From the NCBI GenBank assembly GCA_963851265.1, contig CAWKNZ010000006.1, positions 32,001 to 96,000 of the forward strand: a stretch of 64,000 nt of DNA, read 5' to 3'. Shown here one piece after another: positions 50,990 to 58,179 of the stretch (position 1 is the first letter of the stretch; each line of letters opens with the position of its first letter). A model generated the notes under the pieces. It did not search any database and had not been told where the DNA came from. It saw nothing but the letters and a program-made list of their open reading frames with translations. The translations under genes were made by a program, and so were the position numbers. Source of the DNA: an uncultured Gemmatimonadales bacterium (GTDB lineage Bacteria > Gemmatimonadota > Gemmatimonadetes > Gemmatimonadales > Gemmatimonadaceae).

Positions 50990-53053
50990 TTACTGCGGAA
51001 CGGGGGGTGGCGCCATCGGGCGCGCGTCGCGCGCCGCCCTGTGCACCCGGGTGCCCGACCCGTCGTGGACGACCGCGTCGCCGTCGCCGACCTCGGGCTT
51101 GACCGCGCTCCGCACCGCCGCGACGTCGGCCTCGCGCGCGCGCCACTGCTGCGGGCTCAGCACCAGCACCTCGCAGACCGCCCCGTCCGACGCGCGCGCG
51201 ATCGCGTCGGAGAGCAGGTGCGCCTCGCGGCCGAGGCGGACGCTCTCGCCGTCGGAGTGCGCGACGACCAGCAACGTGACCCCGGCGCGGCACGCCGGGC
51301 GCGCCCGCTCCAGGTAGGCACGGACGAGCGGGTGCCACGCCGGGAGCAACTCGCGCAACACCGCGGCCCACCACCCCGCCGCTTCCGGCGCGAGCGCCGC
51401 CGGATCGAGCGGCAGCACGTCTCCCAGGTCGCGCGGCCCATCGTGCGCCCCCCGCGGCGTCTCGGCACCTGCCGCGCCCGGCGCCACGGCCGCGGAGGCC
51501 GAACGGTGCCCCGCCCCGCCGGCCGCGCCCGCGCGCGTGTCGCGGCGCTCGGCCGCCGGCTCGCCGGACCGTTCACCGGTACGCTCCCCAGTTCGGTCGC
51601 CTGCGGTGAGCCGCGGCGCCGGCCGCGCGCTCGCGATCCGCTCGCGCAGCCACCGCTGGAAATCTTCGTTCCCGTCGTAGCTCCACCCCTTCGCCACGCC
51701 GTCGGTGACGTAGCGCCCGGGTGCGTGCACCGCCTGGCCACGCTCGCGCTGGTAGAACACGTACGCGAGCATCTGCCGCACCTGCCCCGCCGACTCCGCG
51801 ACGAGCTGCTCCGCAGCCCGCGGCGCGACGTCGAGCGAGGCGAGCAGCAGCCGCAACACCCGCTGCTCCGTGAAGTCCGGCGTGCCCACCCCGCGCAGCC
51901 AGCCCGCCACCCGCAGCCGCAGCCCCGGCTCGAAGTGGAACACGTACCGCCCCCGCGCGACCGACGTCACCTCGGCACCCGCGAGCACCTCGTGGGCGAT
52001 CAGCTCCTGCGCGGCCGCCAACACGTCGTCCCGCACGTGCGCCGACCGCACGTTCTTGGTCCCCCCCGCGATGCCGCACAGCTGCCGCAACGCCGCGAGC
52101 TCGAAGCGCAGCGGCGCCTGGCGGGCCTGCGCGTTCGCCGTGAGCTGGTACAACCGCTTCGCGATCGGACGCGTGAGCCGCGCGTGCGTCGGGCAGTCGA
52201 TCCACCCGACCCAGCCGCGCTCCCCCTGCGCCAGCAACGCGGGGTTGATCTGCAGCTTCTGGATCCAGTCCTCGCCGCGCGCCGTGCGGTGGTATTCGGT
52301 CCGCCACGCGTACGTGATGAGGAACTCGACCCCCTCGGCCTCGGGCACCCACTCCCCCCCGGGGAGCGCGGCGGCGACGTCGCGCGGCACGCGGTGCGGG
52401 CGCGGCCGCCGCCCACCACGCGCCGCGCCCGCGCTCGCGAGCAGCCCGCCGTCGTCGCGGCCCCCGTCGCGCGCGCCGTCACGCGTCACGTCGCGCATCC
52501 CGTGCTCGAGGAAGATCGGATGTGCGTTACCGGCGGGCAGCGTCACCGGGTCGCCGCGCCCGAGCACCTCGTCGAGCTGCCGCAGACGCGCCGCGCGGAT
52601 CCGCACCGCCGCCAGCCGGTCGAGCGCGCCCTTGATGCGGTCCGCGCGGTCCTTGGTCATGTCGAGATCGAGCACCCGCGCCAGCATGCGCAGGCTCGGC
52701 GCAACGAACTCGCCCGTCACCGGATGCACGTGCGGCCGGCCTTCCGCGTCGGTCCGGTCCGCGAGCGCGGCCATCGCGAGCAGCACGTCCGCGTCGCCGC
52801 CGTAGGGCAGCCCCAGCTTCGGGTCGCCGGTGATCTCGTAGTACGTGTAGCGGCCCGCCGGCTCCGCGACGACCACCTGTGCGCGACGCGCGGCCTCGGG
52901 CAACACCCCCTGCCCGTCCAGCTCGGTCTGCTTCACCGCCGCCCGGAAGATCGGGAGCGTGAGTAGCCCGGCCGGAATCGGCTGCGGTAACTCGCCGACC
53001 CCGACCACGGACAGCAGGGCACGCTGATCGGCGGCGAGCGGGGTCGAAGGCAC
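50990..53053 (-). CDS. Replication initiator protein (RepA/RPA-like) with DnaA_N-like C-terminus
   Basis: LPIF, GLPYGGDADVLLAM, SLRMLARVL...RIKGALDRL and LTRPIAKRLYQL resemble plasmid initiator A proteins. Lies upstream of parAB, next to the iterons. Start is uncertain (53053 or 53155). Confidence 0.75.
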   Translation of the reverse strand: MPSTPLAADQRALLSVVGVGELPQPIPAGLLTLPIFRAAVKQTELDGQGVLPEAARRAQVVVAEPAGRYTYYEITGDPKLGLPYGGDADVLLAMAALADRTDAEGRPHVHPVTGEFVAPSLRMLARVLDLDMTKDRADRIKGALDRLAAVRIRAARLRQLDEVLGRGDPVTLPAGNAHPIFLEHGMRDVTRDGARDGGRDDGGLLASAGAARGGRRPRPHRVPRDVAAALPGGEWVPEAEGVEFLITYAWRTEYHRTARGEDWIQKLQINPALLAQGERGWVGWIDCPTHARLTRPIAKRLYQLTANAQARQAPLRFELAALRQLCGIAGGTKNVRSAHVRDDVLAAAQELIAHEVLAGAEVTSVARGRYVFHFEPGLRLRVAGWLRGVGTPDFTEQRVLRLLLASLDVAPRAAEQLVAESAGQVRQMLAYVFYQRERGQAVHAPGRYVTDGVAKGWSYDGNEDFQRWLRERIASARPAPRLTAGDRTGERTGERSGEPAAERRDTRAGAAGGAGHRSASAAVAPGAAGAETPRGAHDGPRDLGDVLPLDPAALAPEAAGWWAAVLRELLPAWHPLVRAYLERARPACRAGVTLLVVAHSDGESVRLGREAHLLSDAIARASDGAVCEVLVLSPQQWRAREADVAAVRSAVKPEVGDGDAVVHDGSGTRVHRAARDARPMAPPPVPQ

Positions 53054-53441
53054 GAAGCGCGGTGGGGGGAGGGAGCCGGCGGGGAGCCGGGGTGGGCAGT
53101 ATGGAACAGCGTGCGGTCGCGGACAAGCCGGGTGCAACCGTCGCGCCCGCAGCACCTAGCGTCGGCCCGGCGTTGCGCGGGGTGAGCAGAGCGCGCACCG
53201 GCCGAGTGCGCGCGGCGGTGCAATGCGTGATGGTCGTGGTCGTTCTTCAGAGATCTAGAGAACATCACAACCAACAGTGCCCGGCCGCCCACGCCGGCGC
53301 GCCGCCCGCGTGCGCGGCACGCGTCCTGGTACGACGCTGTAAGCCATTGCGATCGTATGACTTACCGGATCGTGCCGGGACGTCCCAGGTCGACGACGAC
53401 GTGATGTCCCGGCCGGGCACGGTCGCCCGTACCGCACGCGC

Positions 53442-53775
53442 TCGTGACCTCACCGTACACGGAGGCGAGCGGTGGCGATGCACGGCATGGCACGCCGCTC
53501 GTATGTGACCCCAGCATACACACCGCACGCATAACGCATGCGGGAGCAGGTCCGTGCAGATTGACTGATGGTACCCTAGCGAGCGTAGTCGGCCAGCGCA
53601 GCCGTCGCATGCGCAGGCTCACCCGACCCAGGGCCGACCTCCCGCCGACCTCCCGCCGACCCCTAGCCGGCCCCTCCGCCACGCGTGTATGCTGAGGTCA
53701 CATCGCGCGATGGACCGCCATCGGGCGGAGTCCGTGCGGGATGGGCGCCATCGTCCGTGTACCCTGAGGTCACAT
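53442..53775. repeat. Four 19-bp iteron-like repeats, consensus ATGTGACCTCAGNRTACAC
   Basis: 53442-53460 (+, degenerate), 53503-53521 (+), 53685-53703 (-), 53757-53775 (-). Confidence 0.82.
53633..53664 (+). repeat. 11-bp tandem repeat GCCGACCTCCC, about x3
   Basis: Units at 53633 and 53644 plus a degenerate unit at 53655, with an extra ccgacc at 53623. Confidence 0.8.
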
Positions 53776-53886
53776 CAACGTGTCTCCTGAGTCCGAGGTC
53801 GCCGAGCCGGTGACGTGCACGCACGGCGCGCACGTCCGGCCATCGGCGCGCTTCGGTGCGTTGGTGGCACGAGGCGGCCGCGCGGG

Positions 53887-54846
53887 GTGAGCGCGCGGCG
53901 CGTGCGCTCGCCCGGCGTGGTCCGGTCGGTGGGAGTGGTCGCCGAGCGGAGGATCGCGCCCGCAGAGCATGGCGCCGCGCGCTACGTCGCGCTGGAGCGA
54001 CTGCGCGACCACGTCGATCGGGTCGAGTGGGCGCCTCTCCGGATGACGGGCGAGCGGCGGACACGGCCGGCCAGCCCGCGCCTGCCACACGCGCTCGTGC
54101 TGCACCTCGCGCAGCTGGCGCGCGGCGCGTCGGCCCGCGACGCCGCACTCGACGCCGTGGTCGTGCCGGTCGACGTCGACGCGCTCGCGCCACTGCTCGG
54201 GACGGACACGGACGGTGTGGCGGGCGCGCTCGCGGCACTGCAACGCGCCGGCGTGGTGCACGCGCGCGACGCGGCGATCGCTACGGCCGTCGCGCTCGAT
54301 GCGTCGCTGCTCGGACCCGACCCGCGCTGTGCGGCGCTCGACTGGGCGCGGCTCGCGTTCGTCACGGCCGGCTCGCCGAGTGCGTGGGTGGCGGCGCACG
54401 TGTTGGCCGAGCGGCTCGCGCCCGACGAGTGGACGCCGATGCCGCGGAGCGCGCTCGAGCGCGCGCTCGGCTGCGGCGTCTCGGGCGTGCGCGGCGCGCT
54501 CGACCGACTCACGGCGGCGACCGTCATCGAGCGGCGCGAGCAGCGGGGCGGGGTGAGCGCGTACCGCTTCGCGGCGGCACTGCAGGGGCGGGCGGCCGCC
54601 GAGGTTCGGAGCGTCGCCGTGGCGGGCGCACCGACGGGACCCGTCGGTCGGGGCAGGGAAGCGCCGCCCGCCGCGCCCGCGGTCCCGGCCGGCGCGCGCC
54701 CCACCGCGGCCGCCGCGACCGGCGTGCGACTCACCGTAGGCGGCGTCGAGCTCGAGGTGCCCGCAGGCCTTCGGGTGCGCGTCGAACTCGGACCCGACGG
54801 TACGCCGCAGATCTCTCTCGTACCGGTCGCCCCGGCGGCCGGATGA
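53887..54846 (+). CDS. Tandem winged-helix DNA-binding hypothetical protein
   Basis: Two wHTH-like units: VDALAPLLGTDTDGVAGALAALQRAGVV and RSALERALGCGVSGVRGALDRLTAATVIERR...SAYRF. Start is uncertain (53815-53929). Confidence 0.6.
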   Translation: MSARRVRSPGVVRSVGVVAERRIAPAEHGAARYVALERLRDHVDRVEWAPLRMTGERRTRPASPRLPHALVLHLAQLARGASARDAALDAVVVPVDVDALAPLLGTDTDGVAGALAALQRAGVVHARDAAIATAVALDASLLGPDPRCAALDWARLAFVTAGSPSAWVAAHVLAERLAPDEWTPMPRSALERALGCGVSGVRGALDRLTAATVIERREQRGGVSAYRFAAALQGRAAAEVRSVAVAGAPTGPVGRGREAPPAAPAVPAGARPTAAAATGVRLTVGGVELEVPAGLRVRVELGPDGTPQISLVPVAPAAG

Positions 54847-54859
54847 CCCGTACGCGTCC

Positions 54860-55714
54860 ATGCGAGCACTGAACATTCGCGGCCCCCGGGCGGCGCTGAT
54901 CGCCGCCGCCGTCGCGTGTGGCCCCGCGGCGTCGGCCGCCGCGCAGACCACGCCGGCGGCTCCGCCTGCCACCCCGCAGCCGACCACCACCACGCGGGCA
55001 CGCGCCGACCGCGCGACCGCGAGCCGCGCGACCGCCACGCACTTGACCGGCGACTCCGCCGCCGCCGCGCAGGCGCGCGCGGACAGTGCGCGGTATCCCT
55101 ACACGGCCGCGGACATCCGGTTCATGACCGCGATGATGGGGCACCACGCGCAGGCGATCACGATGTCGCGCATGGCGCCCACGCACGGCGCGAGTCCCGA
55201 GGTGCGCACGCTCGCCTCGCGGATCATCAACGCGCAGCAGGACGAGATCGCGACGATGGGCCGCTGGCTCCGCGACCGGCACCAGCCGGTGCCAGACGTT
55301 CTCGGTGCGGGCGCCGCGCACGCCGCTGGCCACGACACGAGCGCCCATGACATGAGCGCCCATGACATGAGCGCCCATGACATGAGCGGGCACGACATGT
55401 CGATGCCCGGCATGGCGATGGGGCGGTCCGACGCGGCGCCCGACATGGCGGGAATGCTCATGCCCGGGATGCTCACCGCGGCGCAGATGGCGCAGCTCGA
55501 CCGCGCGCGCGGGGCCGAGTTCGACCGCCTGTTCCTGACGTTCATGATCCAGCACCACCGCGGCGCCGTCGGCATGGTGGACGGGCTGTTCGGGACGTAC
55601 GGCGCGGGGCAGGACGAGACCGTGTTCAAGTTCGCCTCGGACGTGCACGTCGATCAGACGACGGAGATCGCCCGCATGCAGCGGATGCTGGTGGCGCTGC
55701 TCAGCGATCCCTGA
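54860..55714 (+). CDS. DUF305 family protein with His/Met-rich insert
   Basis: DIRFMTAMMGHHAQAITM, QQDEI..M, FDRLFLTFMIQHHRGAVGM, plus a signal peptide. Confidence 0.9.
   Translation: MRALNIRGPRAALIAAAVACGPAASAAAQTTPAAPPATPQPTTTTRARADRATASRATATHLTGDSAAAAQARADSARYPYTAADIRFMTAMMGHHAQAITMSRMAPTHGASPEVRTLASRIINAQQDEIATMGRWLRDRHQPVPDVLGAGAAHAAGHDTSAHDMSAHDMSAHDMSGHDMSMPGMAMGRSDAAPDMAGMLMPGMLTAAQMAQLDRARGAEFDRLFLTFMIQHHRGAVGMVDGLFGTYGAGQDETVFKFASDVHVDQTTEIARMQRMLVALLSDP
55331..55405 (+). repeat. 15-bp coding repeat x5 (HD[T/M]S[A/G/M])
   Basis: catgacatgagcgcc-type units at 55331, 55346, 55361, 55376, 55391. Confidence 0.9.
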
Positions 55715-55772
55715 GCGCGCGCGTAATGCTGTTCGGACGCTCCGTGTCCGCCACCCCCGTCGACCCTCCCGC

Positions 55773-57767
55773 ATGACATCGCCAGCCTCCGTCCGTCGCA
55801 CCCCGCGCCGTCCCGCCCCGGCCGTCGCCGCGCTCACGCTCGCGGCGGCGTGCGCCGCGCTCCACCCACACGCGGCGCACGCGCAGCGCACCGCCGGCCC
55901 GTCGGCGGGTTCGATGTCGGCCCCGAACCCCGACCCGCGCGTCGGGTTGCGCGGCGGGCTGATGGACGCCGCCGAAGCCGCGTGGAACCTCCGCGTGGTC
56001 TCGAAGACGCCGCCGTCCGAGAAGTTCCTCGGGAGCACCAACTCGGACCTCGCCTTCACCGGCCCGTACGCGATCCAGGGGAGCTACAACGGCTTCCAGG
56101 TGTGGAACATCTCCGCGCCCGCGCACCCGGTGCTCACGACGGCGTACTTCTGCCCGGCGTCGCAGAGCGACGTGTCGGTGTTCCACAACCTCCTGTTCGT
56201 CTCGAGCGAGAGCGGCACGGGGCGCCTCGACTGCGGCGCGCAGGGCGTGCAGGACACGGTGAGCAAGGACCGCCTGCGCGGTCTGCGCATCTTCGACATC
56301 AGCGACGTCCAGCACCCGCGCAACGTGGGCAACGTGCAGACGTGCCGCGGGTCGCACACGCACACGCTGCTGGTCGACCCGCGCGACACGTCGAACGTCT
56401 ACATCTACATCTCGGGGTCGGCGGGCGTGCGGTCGCCCAACGAGCTGCCGGGGTGCGTGTCGGAGGCGCCCAACCAGAACCCCAACTCGGCGCTCTTCCG
56501 CATCGAGGTCATCAAGGTGCCGGTCGCGCACCCCGAGCAGGCCGCGATCGTCAGCTCGCCGCGCATCTTCAACGACTTGGCGCAGGCACCGCGGCACGGC
56601 GAGACGCCGGAGGACGCCGCCGCCGCGGCGGCCGCGATCCAGGCCGCGCGCGCGCGTGGCGCGTTCATCGCCAACGTGGGCGGCGCCGAGCGCGTCATCC
56701 GCCCCGCCCTCATCACCCCGCTGCTCGACAGCATGGTGAAGGCACGCCACGGCGCGGGCGCGCCGACGGGGTCCGACAGCGCGGCGCTTCGCGCGGCGCT
56801 GCCGACCATCGCCGCCCACCTGTTCGGGGGACCGCGGCAGAACACGACGCAGTGCCACGACATCACCGTCTACCCCGCGGTGGGGCTGGCCGGCGGCGCG
56901 TGCGAGGGCTACGGGCTGCTGCTCGACATCCACGACCCGGCCCACCCGACGCGCATCGGCGCGGTGTCCGATTCCAACTTCTCGTACTGGCACTCGGCCA
57001 CGTTCAACAACACCGGCACCAAGGTCCTCTTCACGGACGAGTGGGGCGGCGGGGCGCAGCCGAAGTGTCGCGCGAGCGACCCGAAGGCGTGGGGGGCGGA
57101 CGCGATCTTCACCCTGGCCAACGGGCGTCCGCAGTTCCAGAGCTATTACAAGCTGCCGGCGCCGCAGACCTCGAGCGAGAACTGCGTGGCGCACAACGGG
57201 TCGCTCGTGCCGATTCCGGGGCGCGACGTGATGGTGCAGGCGTGGTACCAGGGCGGCATCTCGGTGTTCGACTGGACCGACCCGCGCAACGTGCGCGAGA
57301 TCGCGTTCTTCGACCGCGGCCCGGTCGACTCGACGCGCCTGGTCCTCGCCGGCTCGTGGTCCGCCTACTGGTACAACGGCGTGATCGTCAGCTCCGAGAT
57401 CGCGCGCGGGCTCGACATCTTCGAGCTGACGCCGAGCGCGATGCTCACGCAGAACGAGATCGACGCCGCGAAGACGGTGCACTACGAGTACCTGAACGTG
57501 CAGGACCAGCCGAAGCTCACCTGGCCGGCGAGCTTCGCGCTGGCGCGCGCGTACGTGGACCAGCTGGAGCGCGATCGGGGGCTGCCGGCCGCGCGGCTCG
57601 CCGCGACGCGTCAGGCGCTCGCGGGGGCGGAAGGCGGCGCGGGTGCCGGGCGGCGCGACGCGCTCACGAAGCTCGCGGCGCGGCTCGACGCAGACGCGTC
57701 CGGCGCGTCGAACGCCGCCAAGGTGAAGATGCTGGCCGGCGCGGTGCGGGAGCTGGCCGCGCGGTAG
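55773..57767 (+). CDS. Secreted LVIVD-repeat protein
   Basis: NSDLAF, GSHTHT, QCHDI, YWHSATF, DEWGGG, ENCVAHNG, QAWYQGG. Typical partner of DUF305. Confidence 0.85.
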   Translation: MTSPASVRRTPRRPAPAVAALTLAAACAALHPHAAHAQRTAGPSAGSMSAPNPDPRVGLRGGLMDAAEAAWNLRVVSKTPPSEKFLGSTNSDLAFTGPYAIQGSYNGFQVWNISAPAHPVLTTAYFCPASQSDVSVFHNLLFVSSESGTGRLDCGAQGVQDTVSKDRLRGLRIFDISDVQHPRNVGNVQTCRGSHTHTLLVDPRDTSNVYIYISGSAGVRSPNELPGCVSEAPNQNPNSALFRIEVIKVPVAHPEQAAIVSSPRIFNDLAQAPRHGETPEDAAAAAAAIQAARARGAFIANVGGAERVIRPALITPLLDSMVKARHGAGAPTGSDSAALRAALPTIAAHLFGGPRQNTTQCHDITVYPAVGLAGGACEGYGLLLDIHDPAHPTRIGAVSDSNFSYWHSATFNNTGTKVLFTDEWGGGAQPKCRASDPKAWGADAIFTLANGRPQFQSYYKLPAPQTSSENCVAHNGSLVPIPGRDVMVQAWYQGGISVFDWTDPRNVREIAFFDRGPVDSTRLVLAGSWSAYWYNGVIVSSEIARGLDIFELTPSAMLTQNEIDAAKTVHYEYLNVQDQPKLTWPASFALARAYVDQLERDRGLPAARLAATRQALAGAEGGAGAGRRDALTKLAARLDADASGASNAAKVKMLAGAVRELAAR

Positions 57768-57786
57768 CGGCGCGGTAGCGGCGCGG
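57759..57786 (+). repeat. 11-bp tandem repeat GCGCGGTAGCG x2.5 spanning a stop codon
   Basis: Units at 57759 and 57770, partial unit at 57781. Confidence 0.8.
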
Positions 57787-57914
57787 CTGCCGTGGTGCGG
57801 TCGGGGTCCTGCCCGTCGGCGACGATTCACATGGCACGAGAGTCGCTTTTCTCCGACACGTCGCCGGTCGGGCGCACGCCCGACCGGACTGGACCTCTAC
57901 CGGAGACGAACACC

Positions 57915-58151
57915 ATGCGCGACTTCACGAACACGGCACGGGCGGCGGTCCTCACCGCGATGATCGGTGCAATCGGCGTGGCGCCACTCGCCGCGGGCGC
58001 GCAGATGGCGCAGCCGGCGCCGAAGCACCACAGCAAGATCAAGGGCGCGCTCGTCGGCGGCGCGGCTGGTGCGGTCGTGGGCCACCCGAAGCTCGGTGCG
58101 GCGGCTGGCGTCATGCACCAGCATCACAAGAACAAGAAGGCGGGTCTCTGA
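57915..58151 (+). CDS. Small secreted glycine-zipper protein
   Basis: GGAG RBS, signal peptide, KGALVGGAAGAVVG, basic His/Lys tail. Confidence 0.7.
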   Translation: MRDFTNTARAAVLTAMIGAIGVAPLAAGAQMAQPAPKHHSKIKGALVGGAAGAVVGHPKLGAAAGVMHQHHKNKKAGL

Positions 58152-58179
58152 CCTGAGATCTGCGCGGGCGGCGGGCGGG

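Larger units (their letters stand above)
53160..53800. other. Probable replication origin of a secondary replicon
   Basis: Non-coding, lower-GC region between rep and a divergent wHTH gene. Contains iterons, an AT-richer patch at 53240-53277, palindromes and clustered CTAG. Confidence 0.7.

Noticed and set aside
53442..53775. Spaced repeats as a mini-CRISPR array
   Set aside because: The repeats are 19 bp, in mixed orientation and irregularly spaced, with no cas genes. Position next to rep favours iterons.
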